Shown: in pieces, positions 19,660 through 29,605 of the stretch
Numbering within the stretch: the stretch's first letter is position 1
Layout: each line of letters opens with the position of its first letter
Virus record (IMG/VR): IMGVR_UViG_3300043418_000114
Coordinates: 62,001 to 126,000 of that record
Direction: 5' to 3' (one strand)
Length of the DNA: 64,000 nt
Program-made: the position numbers and the translations under genes
Notes under the pieces: generated by a model
What the model was told of the DNA's origin: nothing
The model's input: the letters and a program-made list of their open reading frames with translations, nothing else
Databases searched by the model: none

Positions 19660-20020
19660 GGTATCCGCTACCTCGAAATGCGGCGAAACTCCGTCCTCAT
19701 CGTGCAGTGGCGGTAGATTGCATGGTCAATGCAGATTTATGGGACTACCATTTGATGCTTAAACGTCTACCCCCTGTGTAGAAACGTTTCCCATATCTTA
19801 ATAGTTGATGTTGCCAGGTCATAGTAATTGCGATAGAGGGCCTGGGCTGTGTGTAGAATCCCGATGAATTTATCTACACTTAACAGCGAAAACGGAAAAG
19901 CCCCATTTGGGTCGGTGAGACATAGACAATCCTCCACTGTAATCTTTTAATTCATCGTCGCCTCGACCCCTCAAGAATGTCGAAATGGTGCGTAGATTCA
20001 TATCTACTCGCCATTTCCTA
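19660..20020 (+). ncRNA. Candidate large structured non-coding RNA, family unknown
   Basis: No ORF in track over ~400 nt; at least 7 helices, G-U pairs on plus strand, 9-nt loop-to-distal complement. Confidence 0.7.
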
Positions 20021-20076
20021 AGAATATCGAATTCAATTAGGTGACTAAATACATGTATTATAGGACACTTAATTCC

Positions 20077-20862
20077 ATGGCAACAACACTTTTATCAACA
20101 CCTAATGGTTTAACATTAGATGAACTTAAGCAAACAGTATTTAAAAACATACGATTACGTCTTGGTGATGGTATTATTGACCTTGAGTTGGACCCTGAAC
20201 ATTACGAAGCGGCATATAACTACGCCATTAAGATATATCGTCAAAGAGCGCAGAATTCCACGGCGGAATCCTACATTTTAATGACTGTAGAAAAGAACGT
20301 AGACATTTACACCCTTCCACAAGAAATCATTAACGTTCGTTCCTTATTCCGTAGAAACATCGGCATGGAGACAGGCCCTGGCGGTAGCGCATTTGATCCA
20401 TTCAGCTCCGCTATCTTAAACACATACCTATTAAATTATAACTATGCGGGCGGTATGGCAACCTATGACTTCTATGCAGGTTATGTTGAGTTGGCGGCAC
20501 GTATGTTTGGTGGCTATGTTATCTATACATTCGATCCTGTTACCAAGGCCTTACGCATTGTACGTGATCCTAAAGCCACTGGTGAGCATGTGCTTATCTG
20601 GGCTGACGTTCAACGCACGGAGGAAGTACTCTTACAAGACCCAGGAGCAGGCGTTTGGATCACTGACTGGATCTATGCTACCCTTAAGGGAACAATCGGC
20701 GAAGCACGTGAGAAGTTCGGTACGATTGCGGGTCCTGGCGGTGGCACAACATTGAATGGTACTGCCATGAAGGCTGAATCTAAAGCAATGCAAGAAGCAT
20801 TGATTGACGAATTGAAACGTTATGTGGATTTCAGTCAGCCACTAACTTGGATCCAGGGATAA
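20077..20862 (+). CDS. Neck protein (T4 gp13-like)
   Basis: LRLGDGIIDLELDPEH, EAREKFGTIAGPGGGTTLNG; late box and RBS. Confidence 0.75.
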   Translation: MATTLLSTPNGLTLDELKQTVFKNIRLRLGDGIIDLELDPEHYEAAYNYAIKIYRQRAQNSTAESYILMTVEKNVDIYTLPQEIINVRSLFRRNIGMETGPGGSAFDPFSSAILNTYLLNYNYAGGMATYDFYAGYVELAARMFGGYVIYTFDPVTKALRIVRDPKATGEHVLIWADVQRTEEVLLQDPGAGVWITDWIYATLKGTIGEAREKFGTIAGPGGGTTLNGTAMKAESKAMQEALIDELKRYVDFSQPLTWIQG

Positions 20863-21653
20863 TGAGAGCAAAAGAATTTATTTACGAACATGCGGCCCAG
20901 GATTATTCCGAGTACAGCAAGGAATTCAACGGCCTAGATATGTCTGTTCAACTCAACAACAGAACTGGCAATTTAACAATCATGGCTTATGACGATGGTC
21001 AGCTACTAGGACAAGTTCTATTCAAATTACACGGCGGTACCAAACTATATCCATGGCAATTAGAAGTACAACCTCAATTTCGTGGAAAAGGCATCGCAAA
21101 GACAATGTATGATTTTGTAAAGGGCGAAGGCTTTACGATTCAACGTAGTGTACATCAAACTGATGCGGGTTCCGGATTCTGGGACAAGCATCGCGGTAAA
21201 TCATCAACTGTTTGGGAAGATACTGAATCCAGAGATACTAATTTCAAACAGTGGTTCGGTAATAGCAAAGTGGTGAATGTCCAAGGTAAGCCATTGGTAG
21301 TTTATCATGGCACAGACAAAGATTTCTCACATTTTGAGTCAGCATCTGGTGTTTACTACTTTACACCGGATGCGGAGTACGCAGGTACAGGCAGTCATTC
21401 TGCTCGTGGTGACCGTCAACTAATGCCAGTGTACTTGAGCATTCAAAATCCAGCCGTTATAGATTCTAGAGAACAATTAACTGCCAAGACAGTTAATAGA
21501 TTACGTCAGAAAGGATATGACGGCGCAATCGGAAAGATCAACGACTATATTTTTGAGTACATAGCATTTTACCCAACTCAAATAAAATCTGCAATCGGCA
21601 ATATTGGTAAATTTGATTCAAATAATGCTGATATAACTGCTGAATCTTTATAA
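20862..21653 (+). CDS. Two-domain effector: GNAT acetyltransferase + ADP-ribosyltransferase-like (polyvalent-protein type)
   Basis: MRAKEFIYE start; VQPQFRGKGIAKTMY (GNAT motif A); FKQWFGNSKVV...VYHGT...YFT...QIKSAIGN. Confidence 0.75.
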   Translation: MRAKEFIYEHAAQDYSEYSKEFNGLDMSVQLNNRTGNLTIMAYDDGQLLGQVLFKLHGGTKLYPWQLEVQPQFRGKGIAKTMYDFVKGEGFTIQRSVHQTDAGSGFWDKHRGKSSTVWEDTESRDTNFKQWFGNSKVVNVQGKPLVVYHGTDKDFSHFESASGVYYFTPDAEYAGTGSHSARGDRQLMPVYLSIQNPAVIDSREQLTAKTVNRLRQKGYDGAIGKINDYIFEYIAFYPTQIKSAIGNIGKFDSNNADITAESL

Positions 21654-21718
21654 CCTAAACGCTTTCTTTTGTACTACTCCTATCATAGAATAAGTATCTC
21701 TGATAGGAGTTTTTCTTT

Positions 21719-22351
21719 ATGATTATAGGCGTAACAGGCTTTATTGGTAGTGGCAAAGATACAGTTGCTGATTATCTGACAACCTTTCACGGGTTTAAAC
21801 GTGTAAGTTTTGCGGCTTCTCTAAAAGACGCAGTTTCAGCGGTGTTTGGCTGGGACAGAGAGTTACTAGAAGGCTCTACAAAAACAAGTAGAGAATGGCG
21901 AGAGCAAAAGGACGTTTGGTGGAGTGAACGTTTGGGTATGGAAATTACACCTCGTTGGGTACTACAATACTGGGGTACCGATGTATTGAGAAATCATTTT
22001 CATACTGATATTTGGGTTGCTAGCGTAGAGAATAAACTACGTCAAAGCAAAGACAATATCGTTATCACAGATTGTCGTTTCGCTAATGAAGTGAATGCCA
22101 TCAAGAATGTCGGTGGTATCACAATGCGAGTCAATCGTGGCCAACCACCAGAGTGGTACGATGCGGCAGTATCTTACAACAAAGGCGAGTGGGGCAACAT
22201 GTCTTGGGCACTGAGTCGTGGTAAATTAGAAAGACATGGAGTACATGCAAGTGAGTATTCAAGTGTGGGTATTGAATATGATCACTACATTGACAACAAT
22301 GGTTCAATCGATGATTTGCATCACCAACTTCAATCAGTAATCAACCTTTAA
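21719..22351 (+). CDS. Deoxynucleoside monophosphate kinase (T4 gp1-like)
   Basis: IIGVTGFIGSGKDT, SFAASLKD, TPRWVLQYWGTD, ITDCRFANE. Confidence 0.9.
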   Translation: MIIGVTGFIGSGKDTVADYLTTFHGFKRVSFAASLKDAVSAVFGWDRELLEGSTKTSREWREQKDVWWSERLGMEITPRWVLQYWGTDVLRNHFHTDIWVASVENKLRQSKDNIVITDCRFANEVNAIKNVGGITMRVNRGQPPEWYDAAVSYNKGEWGNMSWALSRGKLERHGVHASEYSSVGIEYDHYIDNNGSIDDLHHQLQSVINL

Positions 22352-22678
22352 GTCGCCACGTTTCCAAGTGACTTCTTTCTTTTTAACTACCTCAACACAG
22401 TTAAGACAGATAGAACGTAGATTAGTTAGATTGATATTCTCTAGATCACCGTCGATATGAAAGACTGTAATCTGACTTGAGAATAAACTTTTAAAGCCAC
22501 ATAAATCACATGTGGCTTTTTTCTTGTACCCACTTTTTGTCCAATTAGGCTTGCCAGGCTTTTTCTTTTCACGCTTCATCCTACACTCATTGCATAGGCT
22601 TCTGTAATGAGTAATGTCATTCTTTATGTAATTGATTGCTCTGTAATTTTTATTACAGGTTTCGCATATGGGTCTCAT
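22334..22678 (-). CDS. Small Zn-binding HNH-like protein
   Basis: CxxC pairs, HIDGDLENINLTNLRSICLNC. Confidence 0.65.
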   Translation of the reverse strand: MRPICETCNKNYRAINYIKNDITHYRSLCNECRMKREKKKPGKPNWTKSGYKKKATCDLCGFKSLFSSQITVFHIDGDLENINLTNLRSICLNCVEVVKKKEVTWKRGDLKVDY

Positions 22679-22801
22679 GCTTTTATTTAGTATGAAATGG
22701 CTTCGAAGCCATGCATAACCAGTCTTTTTTAGGTTTTCAACTAAATAATAGTATGCATTTTAGGTGGTAAACCTCATAATTTTACATAAAGGAAAAACAA
22801 A

Positions 22802-25800
22802 ATGGCATTAACATCTCCAGGCGTACAAGTAACCGTAACGGACGAAAGTCAGTATTTACCTGCGCCAACAAACTCAGTTCCTCTTGTTGTTCTAGCTACA
22901 GCACAAAATAAAGCAGACCCTACAGGTACTGGTGTTGCTCAAGCTACTACAGCGGCGAACGCGGGTAAACTATATCAAGTAACAAGCCAGAGAGATTTGG
23001 TATCTTTGTATGGTACCCCATTCTTCTATACAACTTCAAATGGTACACCAATTCAAGGTTACGAATTGAACGAATACGGTCTACTAGCGGCATATAGCTT
23101 GCTAGGTGTTACAAACCGTTGTTACGTTCTACGTGCTGACATTGACTTGGCTAGCTTGGTAGGCCAAACAGGTCGCCCAACTGGTGCACCTGCAGACGGC
23201 ACATGGTGGTTAGATACTACAAACTCAACATGGGGTATCTTCTCTTTCAACCAAACAACTGGTCAATTCACTTCTCAAAATCCTATCGTTATTACTGATT
23301 TACAGTATCTAACTGGTGGCGTAGCGACAGGTGTTCCAGTAGCTAGTTTGGGTAACGTTGGTCAGTATGCAGTTGTTGCAATTCAACCAACTACGTTGAA
23401 TCCTGTAAGCGCAAGTACATATTACTACAAGACCACGGCAAATGAGTGGGTAGTAGCAGGTTCAGTTGATTGGTTAGGTGATATTCCTACCGTTACTGGT
23501 ACTGCAAGCAACCCAACACTAACAGCTGGTAACCAATTCGGTATCGGTGTAGATGGTTACTTCTCTGCAACCATCACTGTTCCAAACAGTCCAAACAACA
23601 CTATTGCTGGTGTTGCGAACGCAATCAATGCTTTAGGATATGCAGATATCAAAGCGGCAGTACGTTCTGGCAAGTTGTGCATTTTCTCTGAACAAACAGA
23701 AAATAGCCCAGTAGCTAGCGATTATATCGTGATTAGTCAAATAAGTGCGTACACTGTATTGACTGATATGGGTATCTCAGCTGGTACATATCGTCAACCT
23801 GCTTTATCATACGGCACTTCTGCACAGATGCCATTGTGGCAAGCAAGCCAAGCACAACCACGTCCTACTGGTTCAGTATGGATCAAAGTTGGCGCATCTG
23901 GCAACGGTTTAAACCCAGTAGTATCTCAGTATTCAAGTGCAACTGCTTCATGGAAAGCAAAATCTGTAGCACTAGGCACTTCTGACTGGGAAGTTAACTC
24001 TACATTAGACAGCACTGGTGGCAAGATGATTCCAGCAGGCACCGTCTATGCTCAGTACTTCTATGACAACTACTACAACTTGGCTCCAATATATCTATGG
24101 GAGCGTATCGCTACAGGTCCAACTGTAGTAACAGGTACAGAAACAACAGTTTCAACACCAGGTGGTGATGTTTTCGTAACTGTAAGTTTACCAGGTGAGC
24201 CAACAATTAACAATGGCGGTTATACTGTCTCTGTTACAGCAAGTGGCGATGCAACTGATTTCGTAACTGCATGGACTAGCGCAAACATTCCATACACAAC
24301 TGCTACAGTAACAACAAGCGGTGCAGTTCAAATTACCCATACCGCAGGTGGTGCAATCCAACTTACCGATTTTAGTGATAACTTGGGTGCCCTAGGTTTA
24401 GTGGCAGGTGTTACAACTGGTGTAAAGTATGGTGAAGGTATCTCCATTCCATATCGTGTTACTCAAACTTCTACAACTGGTAGCGGTACAGGCGCACATA
24501 TCAGTTTGACTTCATTGTACGGTGAGTACTATCTAGATGGCGACGGCATTGCTTCAGGTGACGGTGGTTCAGGCTACGCAGTTGGTGATAGCATCACTAT
24601 CGCTGGTACATCATTAGGTGGCACAACTCCAGCAAATGACTTAATTGTGAAAGTTGCATCAGTTAGTGGTGGCGCAATCACATCAGTTACATTCGTATCT
24701 GGCACAGCACAAGTTTACTTGACAACAGTATTCAGTAACTGGGTATCATTTGATTACACAGCTAACGAAGGTGCACCAGTAGCGATTCCAGCTAACAATA
24801 CAAACTGGTTCTTCTCAGTTGTTGATCAAGTTGATATCATGGTTAACTATGGTGGAAACTGGAAAGGCTATCGCAACCAACAGTATGACTTGAACGGTTT
24901 CCCTATGACTGGTTCAGGCAATACTGATCCTAACGGTCCTATCGTATCTCCAAGTGAGCCAACAACACAAAGTGATGGCACTGCATTGGTATATGGTGAC
25001 TTGTGGATCAACACAACCGATCTAGAAAACTATCCAGTAATCAACCGTTGGCAATCTGTCAACAACGTTGATCAATGGGTAACTCTAAACAACGCTGACC
25101 AAACAAGTTCAACTGGTGTATTGTTTGCCGATGCACGTTGGGCAACAACTGGTGACGTTAACCCAGCGAATGATCCAATTCCATCTATCACTAGTTTGCT
25201 AACAAGCAACTACTTAGACATTGATGCTCCAAGCTCAAGTTTGTATCCAAACGGTATGTTGATTTTCAACACACGCCGTAGTGGTTATAACGTCAAGCGT
25301 TATGCAGTTAACTACTTCAATAGCGCAAGTTTCCCTAACGATGATATCCCTGCTCAAACTGATGCATGGGTTTCTGAGAGTGGTCTACAAGCTAACGGTG
25401 CACCATACATGGGTCGTAAAGCACAACGTAACATGGTCGTCAAGGCTCTACGTTCTGTAATCGACACAAACACTGATATCCGTGACGAAGATAACTTCTT
25501 CAACTTGATGGCTACACCTAACTATCCAGAACTACAACCTAACATGGTTGTGTTGAACGCAGATCGTGGCGAAACAGGCTACATCATTGGTGATACACCA
25601 ATGCGTCTATCTGATAGTGCAACTGATATCCAAGCATGGGCAACTAACGCCGCCGGCGCAGAAGCTACAGGTGAAGATGGTCTAGTTACACGTAACACTT
25701 ACTTGGGTCTATTCTATCCAAGTGGTATTACAAGCGACTTGTCAGGTAACTTAGTTGCCGTTCCAGCATCACACATGATGCTACGTACATTCCTACGTAA

Positions 25801-26350
25801 CGACACTATTAGCTATCCATGGCTAGCGGCCGCCGGTACTCGTCGTGGTACTATCGACAACGCTACAAACATCGGTTATATCGATAGCACAACAGGTGAA
25901 TTCATCACTATCAAGACTCGTCTTGGCATTCGTGATGTATTGTATATCAATGAAATCAACCCATTGGTATTCTTCACTGGTATCGGCTTGTTGAACTATG
26001 GTAACAAGAATAGCTTCAATAGCTCAAGTGCATTGGATAGAACTAACGTATCTCGCTTGGTTGCTTATATCCGTAGACAACTAACACTAGCAGGTCGTCC
26101 ATTCGTGTTCGAACCTAACGATCAGTTGACTCGTCAACAGTTCACTGGTGTTGTTCAATCCTTGATGGTTGACTTGGTTGCTAAACGTGGTCTATACGAC
26201 TATCTAGTTGTATGTGATGACTCTAATAACACTCCTGCTCGTATCGACAGAAACGAATTGTGGTGTGACGTTGCAATTGAACCTGTTAAGGCCGCTGAAT
26301 TCATCTATATCCCAGTTCGTATTTTGAACACAGGGGCATCATTGAAGTAA
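22802..26350 (+). CDS. Contractile tail sheath protein with large insertions
   Basis: MALTSPGVQV N-terminus; PWLAAAGTRRG, INPLV, FVFEPND, AIEPVKAAEFIYI C-terminus. Confidence 0.95.
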   Translation: MALTSPGVQVTVTDESQYLPAPTNSVPLVVLATAQNKADPTGTGVAQATTAANAGKLYQVTSQRDLVSLYGTPFFYTTSNGTPIQGYELNEYGLLAAYSLLGVTNRCYVLRADIDLASLVGQTGRPTGAPADGTWWLDTTNSTWGIFSFNQTTGQFTSQNPIVITDLQYLTGGVATGVPVASLGNVGQYAVVAIQPTTLNPVSASTYYYKTTANEWVVAGSVDWLGDIPTVTGTASNPTLTAGNQFGIGVDGYFSATITVPNSPNNTIAGVANAINALGYADIKAAVRSGKLCIFSEQTENSPVASDYIVISQISAYTVLTDMGISAGTYRQPALSYGTSAQMPLWQASQAQPRPTGSVWIKVGASGNGLNPVVSQYSSATASWKAKSVALGTSDWEVNSTLDSTGGKMIPAGTVYAQYFYDNYYNLAPIYLWERIATGPTVVTGTETTVSTPGGDVFVTVSLPGEPTINNGGYTVSVTASGDATDFVTAWTSANIPYTTATVTTSGAVQITHTAGGAIQLTDFSDNLGALGLVAGVTTGVKYGEGISIPYRVTQTSTTGSGTGAHISLTSLYGEYYLDGDGIASGDGGSGYAVGDSITIAGTSLGGTTPANDLIVKVASVSGGAITSVTFVSGTAQVYLTTVFSNWVSFDYTANEGAPVAIPANNTNWFFSVVDQVDIMVNYGGNWKGYRNQQYDLNGFPMTGSGNTDPNGPIVSPSEPTTQSDGTALVYGDLWINTTDLENYPVINRWQSVNNVDQWVTLNNADQTSSTGVLFADARWATTGDVNPANDPIPSITSLLTSNYLDIDAPSSSLYPNGMLIFNTRRSGYNVKRYAVNYFNSASFPNDDIPAQTDAWVSESGLQANGAPYMGRKAQRNMVVKALRSVIDTNTDIRDEDNFFNLMATPNYPELQPNMVVLNADRGETGYIIGDTPMRLSDSATDIQAWATNAAGAEATGEDGLVTRNTYLGLFYPSGITSDLSGNLVAVPASHMMLRTFLRNDTISYPWLAAAGTRRGTIDNATNIGYIDSTTGEFITIKTRLGIRDVLYINEINPLVFFTGIGLLNYGNKNSFNSSSALDRTNVSRLVAYIRRQLTLAGRPFVFEPNDQLTRQQFTGVVQSLMVDLVAKRGLYDYLVVCDDSNNTPARIDRNELWCDVAIEPVKAAEFIYIPVRILNTGASLK

Positions 26351-26359
26351 GCTAAATGA

Positions 26360-26381
26360 GAGGGTGCCGAGAGGCACTCTC
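26360..26381 (+). other. GNRA-capped hairpin between sheath and tube genes (stabiliser or weak terminator)
   Basis: GAGGGTGCC-GAGA-GGCACTCTC, no U tract. Confidence 0.5.
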
Positions 26382-26415
26382 CCAATGATAAATATACATA
26401 ACAGGAGAATTAAAA

Positions 26416-27051
26416 ATGGCAACAGCCTCACAATCATTGTTTAACATGACAGTAGCATCCGATAACGCTGGTGGTAACCAGGGTCTATTGATGCCTAAAC
26501 TACAGTTCCGTTTCAGAGTTAACTTCTTGAACTTCGGTACAAATACTAGCACTGTTGAGTTGACAAAACAAGTTATTGACTGCGCCCGTCCGCAAGTTCA
26601 ATTCCAAGAAATCACATTGCCAGTTTACAACTCAACATTGTATCTAGCTGGTAAGCACCAGTGGCAAACTCTATCAGTTAACATCCGTGATGATGCATCT
26701 GGTTCAGTTTCTAAATTGGTTGGTCAGCAACTACAAAAGCAAATGGACTTTGTTGAGCAGGCATCTGCGGCAACAGGTCAAGACTATAAGTTCCAAATGA
26801 ACATCGAAATCTTAGATGGTGGTAACGGTACATCCGCACCAGTTGTCTTAGAGACATGGGAACTATATGGTTGCTTCTTACAGACAGCTAACTACAACAC
26901 ATTGAACTACGGCACAAACGAAGCTGTAACAATTTCATTGACAGTACGTTTCGACAACGCAATTCAGGGACCATTGGGTTCTGGTGTTGGTACAAGTGTT
27001 GGTCGTGCGTTAGGTGGAGCAACAGTTACCGGTATTGGCTCTGGCCAATAA
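26416..27051 (+). CDS. Tail tube protein (T4 gp19-like)
   Basis: Follows sheath; FRFRVNF, AGKHQWQT, WELYGCF, TVRFDNA. Confidence 0.88.
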   Translation: MATASQSLFNMTVASDNAGGNQGLLMPKLQFRFRVNFLNFGTNTSTVELTKQVIDCARPQVQFQEITLPVYNSTLYLAGKHQWQTLSVNIRDDASGSVSKLVGQQLQKQMDFVEQASAATGQDYKFQMNIEILDGGNGTSAPVVLETWELYGCFLQTANYNTLNYGTNEAVTISLTVRFDNAIQGPLGSGVGTSVGRALGGATVTGIGSGQ

Positions 27052-27081
27052 GCATAAATAAATCTAGACATTTAAACTATT

Positions 27082-28272
27082 ATGGCTGGATTTATTCAAA
27101 ACTTACTACAAGACGCTACCGGAGCATTCTTCGGTAGCGATTACTTGCGTGATTATACTCATGCTAGTAAAACATTTAGGACTAACTCTTATCAGTACGC
27201 TCCTAAATTAAAATTTCTATTCCACGTTGTTTTCGAAACCAACACCGAAGCATATCCAGCTGGTGGTGCAGGTCAAAACTTTGGTTTAGCTGTAAAGACA
27301 ATCAAGTTGCCTGACTTCTCTATCGAAACTCAGACAATGAATCAGTACAATAGAAAACGCATTGTACAATCTAAAATCAAATACGAACCAATCAACGTTT
27401 CATTCCACGATGACAATGGCAACATGATTCGTAATTTGTGGCAAGGTTATTATAATTACTACTATAAAGATGGTAGACAATCCGAAGTAATGTTCGCCGG
27501 TACAAAGGGTTCCAAGCAACCAACTGTACTTAATCCAGGCGGTGGCCAATCATCTGCGACATTAACAAACTATAACGCAAAAACAACTTATGCACCTGAT
27601 ATTTCAGGTAATGCAGATTGGGGCTATGTAGGTGAATCTACTACGGGCAGTGATGTTAAAGTTCCATTCTTTAAACAAATTACGATCTTTGGTCTAAATC
27701 AGCACCAATGGTCATCATATACACTGATTAATCCAGTGATTACTCGCTTCTCCCACGATACATATAACTATGCAGAGGGTGGTGGTACAATGGAAAATCA
27801 AATGACAATCGACTATGAGACAGTTGTATATGACTCTGGTGCACTTGATGGTAGCAAACCAGACAACATCTTAACAGGATTTGGCGATAACGCAACTTAT
27901 GATAGAACAGTAAGTCCTATTGCTCGTCCAGGTTCTAACGCTACTATTTTAGGTCAAGGTGGCCTAATCGATGGTGCTGGTGGTGTAGTACAAGGTCTAC
28001 TACAGGGTGATTTGAATGGTCTATTGAAGGCCGCACAGTCTGCTGGTACTACCTATAATACATTCAAAAATCAAAACGTCAGTCAACTTGCAAAACAAGA
28101 AGTCGTGTCAGGTATTACTAACGCAATTCAACAGACACCAAACCGCAACATAAATAGCATTATACCAATGTTTGGATCTACTCCACAAACATCAGGCACT
28201 GCTGGTCAGACTCAAGGTCAAGCCGCACCTGTGAATATAGGCAGTACTCCAACTTCTGGCACTAGTAAATAA
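27082..28272 (+). CDS. Tail tube-like / tube initiator protein
   Basis: KTIKLPDF, NQYNRKRIVQ, YEPINVSFHDD, MTIDYE tube-fold motifs. Confidence 0.7.
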   Translation: MAGFIQNLLQDATGAFFGSDYLRDYTHASKTFRTNSYQYAPKLKFLFHVVFETNTEAYPAGGAGQNFGLAVKTIKLPDFSIETQTMNQYNRKRIVQSKIKYEPINVSFHDDNGNMIRNLWQGYYNYYYKDGRQSEVMFAGTKGSKQPTVLNPGGGQSSATLTNYNAKTTYAPDISGNADWGYVGESTTGSDVKVPFFKQITIFGLNQHQWSSYTLINPVITRFSHDTYNYAEGGGTMENQMTIDYETVVYDSGALDGSKPDNILTGFGDNATYDRTVSPIARPGSNATILGQGGLIDGAGGVVQGLLQGDLNGLLKAAQSAGTTYNTFKNQNVSQLAKQEVVSGITNAIQQTPNRNINSIIPMFGSTPQTSGTAGQTQGQAAPVNIGSTPTSGTSK

Positions 28273-28283
28273 TAGGACAAATA

Positions 28284-28643
28284 ATGCCTCAAATCTTAGA
28301 CACTCGCAATTCATTAGATAACACAGTAAAGATTTTCGATAGCTTTTATGCTTTCGATTTAAATGTAAATGCAGACCAATATGATATTGTTCATGGCTAT
28401 TTTACATCAGTGTGTGATACAAAAAACATTGCAGACAACTTCACTGCCGTATTCTTTAGAATTGCACAAGAAACTGGCATCAATGTACTAGATTTGCTAG
28501 ATCAAATCAAGGGTACAAAAAAGATGGAAATGAATCAAGTGATGGCATATTACTTGAATAGTTTCAAATCTAGAACAAGTTTATATGGCATTGCAGTAGA
28601 GCCAAAATCTAATCAGCCAGTAGCACGTAACATCGTTCAGTAA
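28284..28643 (+). CDS. Hypothetical virion-associated protein
   Basis: Late box, RBS, tail cluster. Confidence 0.6.
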   Translation: MPQILDTRNSLDNTVKIFDSFYAFDLNVNADQYDIVHGYFTSVCDTKNIADNFTAVFFRIAQETGINVLDLLDQIKGTKKMEMNQVMAYYLNSFKSRTSLYGIAVEPKSNQPVARNIVQ

Positions 28644-28644
28644 C

Positions 28645-29082
28645 ATGGCTAATTGGGCACAAGGAATATACACTCCTAAGAATCCTGAGAAATATGTAGG
28701 CAAACATGCGCCTAAATATCGTTCAGGATGGGAAATGACATTCATGACATTCTGTGATTCAAACAAGAATGTATTATATTGGGCAAGTGAAGCTATAAAG
28801 ATTCCATATCGTAGCCCACTTGATGGCAAAATACACCAATATATCCCTGATTTCTTTGTAGTATATCAAAATAAAAATGGTCAAAAGATTGCAGAAATGG
28901 TTGAAATCAAACCAAAGAAGCAAAGTCTAATTGAAAGTAGAAAAGCCAGTGCTAAGGATCGTGCTATTGTGGCAGTGAATCATGCAAAATGGGCAAGCGC
29001 AATGGCATATTGTAAAGCTCAAGGTTACACATTCAGAGTCATCACCGAAGATGACCTTTTCTATAATGGTTCAAGAAAGTAA
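28645..29082 (+). CDS. Head completion nuclease (T4 gp4-like, TnsA-type)
   Basis: PKNPEKYVG, YRSGWE, WASE, YIPDF, EIKP, AKW, FRVITE. Confidence 0.9.
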   Translation: MANWAQGIYTPKNPEKYVGKHAPKYRSGWEMTFMTFCDSNKNVLYWASEAIKIPYRSPLDGKIHQYIPDFFVVYQNKNGQKIAEMVEIKPKKQSLIESRKASAKDRAIVAVNHAKWASAMAYCKAQGYTFRVITEDDLFYNGSRK

Positions 29083-29094
29083 ATAAATACTTTC

Positions 29095-29580
29095 ATGACC
29101 AAAAAACTCAACGAATTATTTGATCTTCCTGAAGACGACAACGATATGGGATTAACTATTCCCATTCCTGTCAATGCTCAGGAAGTCACTACTGATGCAA
29201 TGGACAATCTAGAAAAGATTGAAAGTGCATTGCCAGCAGTTAAAGGACTCGAAGCCGCAGACGGTGAAATGGACGAGTTAGCGGCACTAGCAACTAACAG
29301 CTACAAAGACTTAGTAGACTTGGGAATGCAAGTTGACAGTCGATTTGCTAGTGAAATTTTCAATGCCGCAAGCAGTATGTTAGGACACGCAATCACTGCC
29401 AAGACTGCAAAGATCAATAAAAAGCTCAAGATGTTGGATCTACAATTGAAGAAAGCTCAATTGGATCAAAAGGTGGCATCCAAAGTCGAAGAAGTCGAGA
29501 ATACCCCAGTTGGAGAAGGTAAAGCATTAGATCGTAATGAACTACTACGAATGCTTGCCGACAAAACTGAGGAACAATGA
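29095..29580 (+). CDS. Helical protein, possible terminase small subunit
   Basis: Size, helical acidic-to-basic pattern, C-terminal DRNELL, position after gp4-like gene. Confidence 0.45.
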   Translation: MTKKLNELFDLPEDDNDMGLTIPIPVNAQEVTTDAMDNLEKIESALPAVKGLEAADGEMDELAALATNSYKDLVDLGMQVDSRFASEIFNAASSMLGHAITAKTAKINKKLKMLDLQLKKAQLDQKVASKVEEVENTPVGEGKALDRNELLRMLADKTEEQ

Positions 29581-29605
29581 TAAATATATAATACAGGATT
29601 TTAAA

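Noticed and set aside
19660-20020. tRNA, tmRNA, RNase P or group I/II intron identity for the structured region
   Set aside because: No T-arm GTTCGA/CCA end, no tag ORF ending in ALAA-like residues, no GAGGAAAGTCC or domain V motif on either strand, and it does not interrupt a gene.
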